A DNA stretch of 64,000 nt from Candidatus Latescibacterota bacterium (GCA_965219995.1 CBDCOX010000002.1:2400001-2464000), one strand, 5' to 3'. Counted from the first letter of the stretch, positions 1 to 9,275 are shown. Notes: generated by a model not told the origin, from the letters alone. Program-made: numbers and translations.

Positions 1-1
1 G

Positions 2-388
2 GCGGCCGTCGAACTCGCGGCAGTTGAAAAGATAGAAGGCGGCCTGGTTTCCATTCGAATTCTGGGAGACGTGGGCGCCGTACAGGCCGCTGTACAGGCT
101 GCTGCGGAGGCCGCCGAACGGGTTGGGCAGCTGGTATCCCGGCACGTGATACCGAACCCTCACGACGATCTGGTCGATGTGTTTGAGTTAAACGGTCCGC
201 AACCCCCGAACCGAACACAACCCGCTGCCTCCGGGAGTCCGGAACTTGGCGGCCTCTCGGTTGTACAGCTACGGGCCCTGGCCAGAAGGACGCCCGGCTT
301 GTCCATCAGGGGCCGCGAGATTTCCCGCGCGACCCGCCAGCAACTGATCCAGGCGCTCCTCAGCGCCAATGAAAACGTCGAAGAATAA
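2..388 (+). CDS. Bacterial microcompartment (BMC-H) shell protein with C-terminal helical extension, 5'-truncated by window edge
   Basis: Frame open from position 2: AAVELAAVEKIEGGLVSIRILGDVGAVQAAVQAAAEAAERVGQLVSRHVIPNPH matches the BMC-H signature (GDVxAVxAA...HVIPxPH); then a Pro-rich linker and SVVQLRALAR...ISRATRQQLI tail. Confidence 0.9.
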   Translation, partial: AAVELAAVEKIEGGLVSIRILGDVGAVQAAVQAAAEAAERVGQLVSRHVIPNPHDDLVDVFELNGPQPPNRTQPAASGSPELGGLSVVQLRALARRTPGLSIRGREISRATRQQLIQALLSANENVEE

Positions 389-405
389 CGTCCAGGGAGT
401 CCCGG

Positions 406-750
406 ATGGAACCCGATACGCTTTGGAAAAGGATCAAGAGAGGAATCATCGACAGCGCGGCAACCGCGGCCCACAAGGCCGAGCACCTGGGGAAAATAGG
501 CCGCGCCAGGCTCGATATTGCGGGAACCCGTCACGCAATACACGAAGCGTTCGCCGAGTTGGGCGGTGCGGTTTATGCCCGCGTGTCGGAGGGCAACGAC
601 GACGGCGGCGTCCGGACGGACGAAGTGCAGGATCTCTTACGGAGAATCAACGAGCTGGAGAGTCTTCTGCTGGAGCGGGAGACCCGTCTGAAAAACCTGA
701 AAGCCGGCAACAGCCAGGAAGAGGAGGAGGCCGCGGAGGCGGAGACCTGA
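406..750 (+). CDS. Hypothetical helical/coiled-coil protein (114 aa)
   Basis: ATG after GGGAG; amphipathic/coiled-coil pattern and acidic tail; fits between BMC gene and htrA. Confidence 0.75.
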   Translation: MEPDTLWKRIKRGIIDSAATAAHKAEHLGKIGRARLDIAGTRHAIHEAFAELGGAVYARVSEGNDDGGVRTDEVQDLLRRINELESLLLERETRLKNLKAGNSQEEEEAAEAET

Positions 751-755
751 TCTCT

Positions 756-794
756 TCGGCCTCGCCTGCAGAGCGACTTTTTCAACGGACTGTT
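756..794 (+). mobile_element. Solo terminal fragment of the MITE at 22391-22553
   Basis: TCGGCCTCGCCTGCAGAGCGACTTTTTCAACGGACTGTT matches the reverse complement of 22391-22429 at 38/39 nt. Confidence 0.8.
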
Positions 795-800
795 ATCGGC

Positions 801-2183
801 ATGACACCCCAACCGGGCCGGGTTTGCCAGGCTGTCTTCTTCGCATGCCTTTTCCTCTTGCGCATCCAGACGGCCGGGGCCGCCGGTCCCGATGGGTCAT
901 TCGCCGAAGTTGCGCGACTGGTAAGGCCCGTCGTCGTCAGCATCTCCGTCAAGAGCGCCTACGGCAAGGAGATTTCCCGTACAGGGCTGCGACAGGGCCC
1001 ATCGGCGTTGCGTTACGGATCCGGCTTCGTCCTGGACGCTACGGGTCATATCCTGACCAGCAACCACGTCGTAGAAAGTGCCATTGGTATCCAGGTCGGT
1101 TTTTCCGACGGTAAGGAATATGCCGCCGAAATTGTCGGACAGGATTCCGACACCGACCTCGCGCTCATCCGGCTGCTTTCCGCGGCCCCTGTCGATAGTT
1201 CCCGTATTGCCCGCCTGGGCACCTCCGATTCAATTCAGGTCGGTGACTGGGTGATGGCCGTCGGCAGTCCCTTCGGCTTTCATCATACCGTCAGCGTGGG
1301 TGTGATCAGCGCCAAGGGCAGGCATCTGGAAAGGATTCAGGGGGATATTCCGGCGCCGCCGTTTCAGGATTTCCTGCAGACGGACGCATCCATCAATCCC
1401 GGAAACAGCGGCGGACCCCTGGTGAATGGCGAGGGGCGTGTCGTTGGCGTGAACACCGCGTACAATCCCGCGGGATCCGGTATCGGGTTCGCCATACCGA
1501 TAGACGTCGCCGGACGGGTTGCCGCGCAACTCCGCGAACACGGCGAGGTCGTTCGCGGCTATCTCGGTATTCACCCGCAGGACCTTACGTCCGATCTTGC
1601 GGACGCGCTGGAACTGGACTCAACTGCGGGCATCCTGATCGGGGAAGTTCAGGCGGAAAGCCCGGCGGGGCGCGGCGGCCTCAAGAGAGGCGACATCATC
1701 CGAACGCTCGACGCCGACCCCATCCACAATGCCCAGGATTTTCTGAACCGGATTACCGGGTACCGTCCGGGGGAATCCGTTTCGCTGCTCATTCTTCGCG
1801 GCGGTGTGCCGTTAACGATCTCCTGTACACTCGACAGGAGGCCGAAGCAGCCCCGGCCGCCGGACAGATTCCGAGCCGACAGTACAAACTGGCCCGGACT
1901 TGAGGTCAAGAATCGCTCAGATTGGGAAAGCGGCCGCTTGCAGGCGTCCAGAACCGGACCCGGCGTCGTCGTTCATTACGTCGCGCCCGGAAGTCCGGCG
2001 GAAAAAAAACGAATCGAACGCGGCGACGCGATCCTGGAAATCGACGGTGTCGGTATCTCAAACGTTCGAGACTATCGCAAGATGGTCGAAGAGATCAAGA
2101 GAGCAGTCAGGCCCGGTGTGTTCCTGATCTTGAATAAGGACGACGGTAACACGCGATTCGTTGCCCTCCAGCCGGGACGTTGA
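801..2183 (+). CDS. htrA: HtrA/DegP-family periplasmic serine protease with two PDZ domains
   Basis: GSGF, TSNHVV (His), DLA (Asp), QTDASINPGNSGGPL (Ser), two PDZ-like segments; signal-peptide-like N-terminus from ATG 801. Confidence 0.93.
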   Translation: MTPQPGRVCQAVFFACLFLLRIQTAGAAGPDGSFAEVARLVRPVVVSISVKSAYGKEISRTGLRQGPSALRYGSGFVLDATGHILTSNHVVESAIGIQVGFSDGKEYAAEIVGQDSDTDLALIRLLSAAPVDSSRIARLGTSDSIQVGDWVMAVGSPFGFHHTVSVGVISAKGRHLERIQGDIPAPPFQDFLQTDASINPGNSGGPLVNGEGRVVGVNTAYNPAGSGIGFAIPIDVAGRVAAQLREHGEVVRGYLGIHPQDLTSDLADALELDSTAGILIGEVQAESPAGRGGLKRGDIIRTLDADPIHNAQDFLNRITGYRPGESVSLLILRGGVPLTISCTLDRRPKQPRPPDRFRADSTNWPGLEVKNRSDWESGRLQASRTGPGVVVHYVAPGSPAEKKRIERGDAILEIDGVGISNVRDYRKMVEEIKRAVRPGVFLILNKDDGNTRFVALQPGR

Positions 2184-2417
2184 ACGCTCTTCGGCCGACT
2201 GCTGAATTTCATCCCACTGTTCGAAAGGAGACCAATCCTATGTAGCGAACACCTGTCAACGGTATCCAAATCCACAGCAGCAAGGTTCACTACGACAGTC
2301 TTAGATCCCCTTCGAGGAACCCGGTCGATTCTCCCGAACCGGTTTCTCGGCTCACAGTCCGGCTCCGAAACCCCGGCCAACTGAACCGACCTCCCCGGTG
2401 CAAAGAAAGGCTGACGA

Positions 2418-3275
2418 GTGTCTAAGCTAGCCAAGAGGCCGTACGCGCGCGAAGATGAATCTCTGGATCAGTACCTTCAAGAGATCGGAGAAGTCGATCT
2501 TCTCACGGCAGACGAAGAAATCGCCCTCGCCAAGCGAATCAAGAAGGGCGACCAGGATGCCCTCGAAAAGTTGACCAAAGCCAATCTGAGGTTTGTTGTC
2601 AGCGTGGCCAAGCAATACCAGAACCAGGGCCTCTCTATGGGAGACCTGATCAACGAGGGAAATCTGGGTCTGATAAAAGCAGCCAAACGCTTTGACGAAA
2701 CAAAAGGCTTCAAGTTTATCTCCTATGCCGTCTGGTGGATCAGGCAGGCCATTCTGCAGGCACTCGCCGAGCAGTCCAGAATTGTTCGACTGCCCTTGAA
2801 CAGGGTGGGCGCCCTGCACAAAATCGGCAAGGCGTCCAGCGGGCTGGAGCAGGAATTCGGGCGAGAGCCCAGCCCCAGCGAAATCGCCGACGAACTTGAA
2901 ATGAGCGATTACGAGGTGATGGATACACTCAAGATCTCGAGCCGGCATCTGTCGCTCGACGCCCCGTTCAGTGAAAGCGAAGACAACAGTCTGCTGGACA
3001 TCCTCGAAGATCAGTTGCAGCCGCCCCCCGATGAATCGCTCATCGACGACTCACTACATCGTGAGGTAGAGAAAGCCCTGGCAACCCTCACACCCCGGGA
3101 AGCCGAAGTGATCAGCCTCTACTTCGGAATCAACCGGGAGCACCCGCTCACGCTGGAAGAAATCGGCGAACGCTTCGGGCTGACCCGGGAGCGGGTACGC
3201 CAGATCAAGGAAAAAGCCATCCACAGGCTGCGCCACAATTCCAGAAGCCGCCCCCTCAAGGCCTATCTTCACTGA
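2418..3275 (+). CDS. rpoD: RNA polymerase sigma-70 factor, RpoD/SigA family, short form lacking region 1.1
   Basis: [10 protein letters not shown] (1.2), [42 protein letters not shown] (region 2), TLEEIG...TRERVRQI (region 4). Confidence 0.95.
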   Translation: MSKLAKRPYAREDESLDQYLQEIGEVDLLTADEEIALAKRIKKGDQDALEKLTKANLRFVVSVAKQYQNQGLSMGDLINEGNLGLIKAAKRFDETKGFKFISYAVWWIRQAILQALAEQSRIVRLPLNRVGALHKIGKASSGLEQEFGREPSPSEIADELEMSDYEVMDTLKISSRHLSLDAPFSESEDNSLLDILEDQLQPPPDESLIDDSLHREVEKALATLTPREAEVISLYFGINREHPLTLEEIGERFGLTRERVRQIKEKAIHRLRHNSRSRPLKAYLH

Positions 3276-3290
3276 ATATGCCGTCCCTGT

Positions 3291-3330
3291 AAAGCCACAG
3301 CCAGCGTGACGCAATGGCTGTGGCTTTTTT
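3291..3330 (+). terminator. Intrinsic terminator after rpoD
   Basis: AAAGCCACAGCCA / TGGCTGTGGCTTT inverted repeat followed by a T run. Confidence 0.85.
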
Positions 3331-3364
3331 GTTCTGTGCCTGAAACGGTCTCCGTTGCCGGCGC

Positions 3365-3393
3365 TTGGCGGAACCACCCAAAACATATACATT
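3365..3393 (+). promoter_or_regulatory. Putative sigma70 promoter, copy 1 (TTGGCG-N17-TACATT)
   Basis: -35/-10-like hexamers at 17-bp spacing, about 60 nt upstream of the small ORF. Confidence 0.55.
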
Positions 3394-3455
3394 TGAAGAC
3401 CTCATTCCCCGTCGCGAGCCTTTCAACATCCTCTTTCACCGAAAGGATTCAGCCC

Positions 3456-3707
3456 ATGTCGAACAGCAAATCCATAAAGGCGCTGCTGGTCGTTGTCGCG
3501 TTCCTGCTGGTTGCCAACCTGGTCCGCCCGCTCTGGTCGCCCGGTACGGCCCATGCACAGAGTGACGGGGCATCCCCGGCAGTGGCCATCACCGGCGCGG
3601 GTATGAGCGCCTGGATTCTGAAGGACAACAATCTCTACTACGCGGTCTACGAAAAGCAGTACGAATCCATCCGCATTTATGGTCCCGAAGAACTGCCGGA
3701 AGAGTGA
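3456..3707 (+). CDS. Small exported/membrane-anchored hypothetical protein, copy 1 (83 aa)
   Basis: AAAGGA RBS, basic N-terminus, hydrophobic stretch and AHA|Q cleavage-like site; conserved in the duplicate. Confidence 0.8.
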   Translation: MSNSKSIKALLVVVAFLLVANLVRPLWSPGTAHAQSDGASPAVAITGAGMSAWILKDNNLYYAVYEKQYESIRIYGPEELPEE

Positions 3708-3795
3708 TCGCCGCCCGGGGTCGTCGTCCGGGTTTGCCGAAGAGCCGGTATTCCTGCCGCCGAGTCTCCTCCGATCCACATAGCCAGAGACATCC

Positions 3796-6249
3796 ATGAG
3801 GACCTTCCGGGAACAAAGCCGGCTCATCGGCGCCCTCGTTTTTCTCATCACGTGTTTCGTCTACGTCCGAACCGTTGCGCCCACGGTCACCTTCTGGGAC
3901 ACCGGCGAGTTCATCGCAGCCTCGTATATCCTTGGCGTCCCCCACCCTCCCGGCGCGCCTTTTCATACCCTCCTGGGCCGGATTTTCACCCTCTTCGCGG
4001 ATCCCGACAGCGTCGCATTCAGCGTCAACCTGATTTCCGTCCTTGCCGGCGCCGCCACGGCGCTCATGCTTTTCCTGTGCAGCGTCCGTCTGCTCACGCG
4101 GTGGCTGAGACCCGACCGGTTATCCGACCGCATCGCCATCCTGACCGGCGGCGCGGTCGCTGCATTGTCCGCGGCATTCTCGACCTCCTTCTGGACAAAT
4201 GCCACCGAGGCGGAAGTCTACGCGCTGTCCATGCTCTTCACCGTCCTGGCGTTCTACCTGGCCCTGCGCTGGGACGGCGCGCCCGAGGACAGGAATCGCG
4301 ACCGCCTGCTCATCTTCATCGTCTACCTGTTCTTTCTCGGCGCCGGCGTGCATCTGCAGTGCCTGCTCACCGTGCCCGGAATCCTCATTCTGGTCTTCTC
4401 CGACCTGCTCAAGGGTCGTTCCACGTCCACACAGGCAACCGTCGTCATCGGACTGACGGCTTTTCCTTTTCTGTGCATCATCTCCAATATCTATCTGACC
4501 GCTTTGCTGGTACTGGCCGTGCTTGCGGGCCTCCTGATATTGCGTCCGGCATGGCGTCGCCCCGCGTTCTGGCTGTGCGCCCTGGGGATGATCGCCCTCG
4601 GATATTCCACGTACATCATGCTCTACGTCCGGTCGGGCCTGGATCCGTTCATCGATATGAACAATCCGGAGACCCTCGATAATTTCAAGGCCTTCCTCAC
4701 CCGTCAGCAATACGGCGTACATTCCATCTTTCCCCGCCGGGGTGATTTCTGGGACTTTCAGTTCAACATCCACGTCAAATATTTCCTCCAGCAATTCCCG
4801 TTTTACGATCAGGGGCTCGTCGGCCGCTTCTTCTCTGAAACACTGCCCGCGTTCACGGAACGATTCGCCATCGGAGAAATCCTGGCGGGTACGTTCCGCA
4901 GGGCCGTGGCCAACATGGACGGCAACCGGGAAACCATCGCGTATTCGGTGGTCCCCGTTCTCCTGGGTATCGTCGGCGCAGTCAGCCACTTCCGCAGAGA
5001 CTGGAGACGTTTTGCCAGCGTGTTCGCCATGTTCCTGCTCATGGGGATCGGCCTGGTCGTGTATCTGAATATGCCCGACCCCGAACCCCGCGAGCGGGAG
5101 TATATCTTCGTTGGCGCCTACACGTTCTTCGCCCTCTGGATCGGCGGCGGGGCCGCTGCCCTCATCGCCGCCGTTGCGCGCGGTCGTTACCCGGTTTCCG
5201 CGGCCGCGCTCGTGGCGGCTCTGTGCCTGATCGTGCCGATCGGACTTCTGCACAGCAACTACTTCGAACGCGACCGCAGCGGAAACTTCATCGCACACGA
5301 CTACGCCCGCAACATCCTGGACTCCTGCGAGCCCGACGCCATGCTCTTCACCAACGGAGACAACGACACCTACCCGTTGTGGTATCTCCAATACGTGGAG
5401 GGGTTTCGCAGGGACGTCCGGGTGGTCAACCAGAGCCTGCTCAGAACCCCCTGGTACGCCAGACAACTGCGCGACCTGAACCCCAGGCTTCCCATTTCGA
5501 TGTCGGATGCAACCATTGATCAACAGGTCGTCGCCCGCCCTTGGCCCGAACGATTCGACATCGCGCTCGCCGACAGCACGATTATCGTCAAGGCCGAAGA
5601 CATCCCCCTCGCCGAAATCACGGTGGGCAACCGGCGCGTGAATATCCTGGAATCCCACACCTTCATGATCTGGTACCTGGTTGACCGGAACAACTGGCAG
5701 CGCCCTGTATATTTCGCGAGTACGGTTCCCGATCACAACATGGGAGGTCTACGGTCCCATCTATCGATGGAAGGCATGGTATATCGTCTCGTCAGACAGC
5801 GCGCCTCCGGACAGTTCGACGCCGGACTCACGTCCCGGCATCTGCTCGAGAATTACCGCTATACGGGCATTGCAGACCCCGGCGTCTACAAGGACCCGGT
5901 CGCCAGTCGCCTTATCAGCAATTACCTGGCCTTCTTCAAAGGCCTCGTGCGAGCGATGGATGTCCAGAACCGGCAGTCCGAAGCCCTGCGAATCATCGAG
6001 GTCGCAAAGCGAACCATCCCTCCCGAATCGGTCGGACAGGAGGTGTGGTATTCGCTGATGCACGAGAGTTACCGGCAGCTTGCCGTCAGCTATCACCGTG
6101 CAGGAAAACCGGACAGTGCGAGCCTCTGCCTCGCGGAACTGATCCGCATCTGTCCGTACGAGGGAGAGCGAAAACACCTTCGTGCGGTGATTCAGTCCCT
6201 GAAGACCACGACCGAAACGGAACCGGAGGCAGGAGCGCAGGACAGATAG
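3796..6249 (+). CDS. DUF2723 / TMEM260-like GT-C fold membrane glycosyltransferase, copy 1
   Basis: TVAPTVTFWDTGEF...LGVPHPPGAP, EAEVY, REREY, FTNGDNDTYPLWY motifs; many TM segments; helical C-terminus. Confidence 0.9.
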   Translation: MRTFREQSRLIGALVFLITCFVYVRTVAPTVTFWDTGEFIAASYILGVPHPPGAPFHTLLGRIFTLFADPDSVAFSVNLISVLAGAATALMLFLCSVRLLTRWLRPDRLSDRIAILTGGAVAALSAAFSTSFWTNATEAEVYALSMLFTVLAFYLALRWDGAPEDRNRDRLLIFIVYLFFLGAGVHLQCLLTVPGILILVFSDLLKGRSTSTQATVVIGLTAFPFLCIISNIYLTALLVLAVLAGLLILRPAWRRPAFWLCALGMIALGYSTYIMLYVRSGLDPFIDMNNPETLDNFKAFLTRQQYGVHSIFPRRGDFWDFQFNIHVKYFLQQFPFYDQGLVGRFFSETLPAFTERFAIGEILAGTFRRAVANMDGNRETIAYSVVPVLLGIVGAVSHFRRDWRRFASVFAMFLLMGIGLVVYLNMPDPEPREREYIFVGAYTFFALWIGGGAAALIAAVARGRYPVSAAALVAALCLIVPIGLLHSNYFERDRSGNFIAHDYARNILDSCEPDAMLFTNGDNDTYPLWYLQYVEGFRRDVRVVNQSLLRTPWYARQLRDLNPRLPISMSDATIDQQVVARPWPERFDIALADSTIIVKAEDIPLAEITVGNRRVNILESHTFMIWYLVDRNNWQRPVYFASTVPDHNMGGLRSHLSMEGMVYRLVRQRASGQFDAGLTSRHLLENYRYTGIADPGVYKDPVASRLISNYLAFFKGLVRAMDVQNRQSEALRIIEVAKRTIPPESVGQEVWYSLMHESYRQLAVSYHRAGKPDSASLCLAELIRICPYEGERKHLRAVIQSLKTTTETEPEAGAQDR

Positions 6250-6297
6250 CCGGCAACATACGGGATTTTAAGGGAAAAAGGGGCCGCCCGCCGGCGC

Positions 6298-6326
6298 TTG
6301 ACGGAACCACCCAAAACATATACATT
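6298..6326 (+). promoter_or_regulatory. Putative sigma70 promoter, copy 2 (TTGACG-N17-TACATT)
   Basis: Near-consensus -35, 17-bp spacer, -10. Confidence 0.65.
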
Positions 6327-6388
6327 TGAAGACCTCATTCCACGTCGCGAGCCTTTCAACATCCTCTTTCACCGAAAGGATTCAGCCC

Positions 6389-6640
6389 ATGTCGAACAGC
6401 AAATCCATAAAGGCGCTGCTGGTCGTTGTCGCGTTCCTGCTGGTTGCCAACCTGGTCCGCCCGCTCTGGTCGCCCGGTACGGCCCACGCGCAGAGTGACG
6501 GGGCAGCCCCGGAAGCGGCCATCACCGGCGCGGGTATGAGCGCCTGGATTCTGAAGGACGGCAATCTCTACTACGCGGTCTACGAAAAGCAGTACGAATC
6601 CATCCGCATTTATGGTCCCGAAGAACTGCCGGAAGAGTGA
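6389..6640 (+). CDS. Small exported/membrane-anchored hypothetical protein, copy 2 (83 aa)
   Basis: Near-identical paralogue of 3456-3707. Confidence 0.8.
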   Translation: MSNSKSIKALLVVVAFLLVANLVRPLWSPGTAHAQSDGAAPEAAITGAGMSAWILKDGNLYYAVYEKQYESIRIYGPEELPEE

Positions 6641-6728
6641 TCGCCGCCCGGGGTCGTCGTCCGGGTTTGCCGAAGAGCCGGTATTCCTGCCCCCGCGTCT
6701 CCTCCGATCCACATAGCCGGAGACATCC

Positions 6729-9182
6729 ATGAGGACCTTCCGGGAACAAAGCCGGCTCATCGGCGCCCTCGTTTTTCTCATCACGTGTTTCGTCTACGTC
6801 CGAACCGTTGCACCCACGGTCACCTTCTGGGACACCGGCGAGTTCATCGCAGCCTCGTATATCCTTGGCGTCCCCCACCCTCCCGGCGCGCCTTTTCATA
6901 CCCTCCTGGGCCGGATTTTCACCCTCTTCGCGGATCCCGATCGCGTCGCATTCAGCGTCAACCTGATTTCCGTCCTTGCCGGCGCCGCCACGGCGCTCCT
7001 GCTTTTCCTGTGCAGCGTCCGTCTGCTCACGCGGTGGCTGAGACCCGACCGGTTATCCGACCGCATCGCCATCCTGACCGGCGGCGCGGTCGCTGCATTG
7101 TCCGCCGCATTCTCGACCTCCTTCTGGGCAAATGCCACCGAGGCGGAAGTCTACGCGCTGTCCATGCTCTTCACCGTCCTGGCATTCTACCTGGCCCTGA
7201 GATGGGACGGCGCGCCCGAGGACAGGAATCGCGACCGTCTGCTGATTTTCATCGTCTACCTGTTCTTTCTCGGCGCCGGCGTGCATCTGCAGTGCCTGCT
7301 CACCGTGCCCGGAATCCTCATCCTGGTCTTCTCCGACCTGCTCAAGAGCCGGTCCGCCTCGGTTCAGGCAGCGGTCGTCATCGGGCTGACGGGTTTTCCT
7401 TTTCTGTGCATCATCTCCAATATCTATCTGACCGCTTTGCTGATACTGGCCGTGCTTGCGGGCCTCCTGATATTGCGTCCGGCATGGCGTGGCCCCGCGT
7501 TCTGGCTGTGCGCCCTGGGGATGATCGTCCTCGGATATTCCACGTACGTCATGCTCTACATCCGCTCAGGCCTGAACCCCTTTGTGGACATGAACAACCC
7601 CGAGACCTACGAGAATTTCAAGGCCTTCCTCACCCGCCAGCAATACGGCGTTCACAGCATCTTCCCCCGCCGGGGTGATTTCTGGGACTTTCAGTTCAAC
7701 ATATACGTCAAATATTTCCTCCAGCAATTCCCGTTTTACGATCAGGGGCTCGTCGGTCGCTTCTTTTCTGAGACACTGCCCGGGTTTACGGAACGATTTG
7801 CCATCGGAGAGATGCTGTCCGGGACGTTCCGCAGGGCCGTGGCCAACATGGACGGCAACCGGGAGACCATCGCGTATTCGGTGGTCCCCGTTCTCCTGGG
7901 CGTCGGCGGGGCCATCAGTCACTTCCGCAGAGACTGGAAGCGTTTTGCCAGCGTGTTCGCCATGTTCCTGCTCATGGGGATCGGCCTGGTCGTGTATCTG
8001 AATATGCCGGATCCGGAACCCCGCGAACGGGAGTATATCTTCCTTGGCGCCTACACATTTTTCGGACTGTGGATCGGCGGCGGGGCCGCCGCCCTCATCA
8101 GCGGCGCGGCACGCGGGCATGCCGCGGTTCCGGCAGCCGTGCTCGTGGCGGCCCTGTGTCTCGTCATTCCGATCGGGCTTCTGCAGAACAATTACTTCGA
8201 GCGCGACCGCAGCGGAGACTTCATCGCACACGACTACGCCCGCAACATTCTGGACTCCTGCGAGCCCGACGCCATGCTCTTCACCAACGGAGACAACGAC
8301 ACCTACCCGTTGTGGTTTCTCCAGTATGTGCAAGGTTTTCGCCGGGACGTCCGGGTGGTCAACCTCAGCCTGCTCAAAACGCCCTGGTACGTCAAACAAC
8401 TGCGCGACCTGGATCCCATGCTTCCCATCCGGATGACGAATGCAGCCATCGAAGGGCAGGTGATCGCCCGCCCCTGGCCGAATCGATTCGACATCCCCCT
8501 GGCCGACAGCACGATTGTCGTCAAGGCCGAAGACATACCCATCACCGAATTCCCGGTGGGTAACCGACGCGTGAGCGTTCTCGAGTCCCACACGTTTATG
8601 ATCTGGTACCTGGTTGCTCAAAACAACTGGCAGCGGCCGATATATTTCGCGGTGACGGTCCCCGAACGCAACATGGGCGGTCTAAGGTCCTATCTGTCCA
8701 TGGAAGGCATGGTGTACCGTCTCGTCAGGCAGCGCGCCCCCGGACAGTTCGACGCTGACCTGACCTCCAGGCACCTGCTCGAGAATTACCGCTATACAGG
8801 CATCGCGGACCCCGGCGTCTACAAGGACCCGGTCGCGAGGCGCCTCATCAGCAATTATCTGGTCATCTTCGAAGGACTTGTGCGAGCGATGCATCTCCAG
8901 GACCGGCCGTCCGAAGCCCTGCGCATCATCGAGGTCGCAAAGCGAACCATCCCTCCCGAATCGGTGGGGTCCGATGTGTGGTATTCACTGATGCACACCA
9001 GTTACCGGCAGCTTGCCGTCAGCTATCTGCGCGCCGGAAAGAGAGACAGTGCAATCCTCTGCCTCGAGGAACTGATTCGCATCAGTCCCCGCGAGGAAGA
9101 ACGAAATCGCCTTCGTGAGGATATCGGGTCCCTGATTACCCCGTCCGAAACGGAACCGGAGGCAGATGCGCAGGGCAGATAG
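6729..9182 (+). CDS. DUF2723 / TMEM260-like GT-C fold membrane glycosyltransferase, copy 2
   Basis: Same motifs and same 817-aa length as copy 1. Confidence 0.9.
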   Translation: MRTFREQSRLIGALVFLITCFVYVRTVAPTVTFWDTGEFIAASYILGVPHPPGAPFHTLLGRIFTLFADPDRVAFSVNLISVLAGAATALLLFLCSVRLLTRWLRPDRLSDRIAILTGGAVAALSAAFSTSFWANATEAEVYALSMLFTVLAFYLALRWDGAPEDRNRDRLLIFIVYLFFLGAGVHLQCLLTVPGILILVFSDLLKSRSASVQAAVVIGLTGFPFLCIISNIYLTALLILAVLAGLLILRPAWRGPAFWLCALGMIVLGYSTYVMLYIRSGLNPFVDMNNPETYENFKAFLTRQQYGVHSIFPRRGDFWDFQFNIYVKYFLQQFPFYDQGLVGRFFSETLPGFTERFAIGEMLSGTFRRAVANMDGNRETIAYSVVPVLLGVGGAISHFRRDWKRFASVFAMFLLMGIGLVVYLNMPDPEPREREYIFLGAYTFFGLWIGGGAAALISGAARGHAAVPAAVLVAALCLVIPIGLLQNNYFERDRSGDFIAHDYARNILDSCEPDAMLFTNGDNDTYPLWFLQYVQGFRRDVRVVNLSLLKTPWYVKQLRDLDPMLPIRMTNAAIEGQVIARPWPNRFDIPLADSTIVVKAEDIPITEFPVGNRRVSVLESHTFMIWYLVAQNNWQRPIYFAVTVPERNMGGLRSYLSMEGMVYRLVRQRAPGQFDADLTSRHLLENYRYTGIADPGVYKDPVARRLISNYLVIFEGLVRAMHLQDRPSEALRIIEVAKRTIPPESVGSDVWYSLMHTSYRQLAVSYLRAGKRDSAILCLEELIRISPREEERNRLREDIGSLITPSETEPEADAQGR

Positions 9183-9198
9183 CAGGAAACGGCGACGT

Positions 9199-9247
9199 CG
9201 CACGAGGAAGGGCCGCCTGGATTTCCCAGGCGGCCCTTCCTCGTGCG
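9199..9247. terminator. Long perfect hairpin between convergent genes (likely bidirectional terminator)
   Basis: CGCACGAGGAAGGGCCGCCTGG-atttc-CCAGGCGGCCCTTCCTCGTGCG, 22-bp stem. Confidence 0.85.
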
Positions 9248-9275
9248 GTTTTCATCCGGCGTTACTCCATTGTTG

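Larger units (their letters stand above)
3357..9183 (+). repeat. Tandem duplication, period 2,933 bp (about 3357-6250 and 6290-9183)
   Basis: Both units start GCCGGCGCTTG(G/A)CGGAACCACCCAAAACATATACATTTG and carry the same two ORFs of identical lengths. Confidence 0.97.

Noticed and set aside
369-800. 144-aa N-terminal extension of the HtrA ORF
   Set aside because: Low-complexity Arg/Gly text overlapping the real 406-750 gene and the MITE end; a signal-like sequence starts at ATG 801
2243-2245. Pyrrolysine read-through of the TAG in the rpoD leader
   Set aside because: No pyl genes in the window, other genes end in TAG normally, and the downstream peptide has no recognisable features
4120-5736. 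Long antisense ORFs (also 12924-14303, 27719-30106, 38511-40334, 40497-42389, 46209-47906, 61685-63385)
   Set aside because: Shadows of well-supported genes on the opposite strand, expected at high GC; no recognisable motifs
3354-6257. 9-bp inverted repeat (GTTGCCGGC / GCCGGCAAC) flanking duplicate copy 1
   Set aside because: Short and GC-rich, no target duplication or transposase; likely chance
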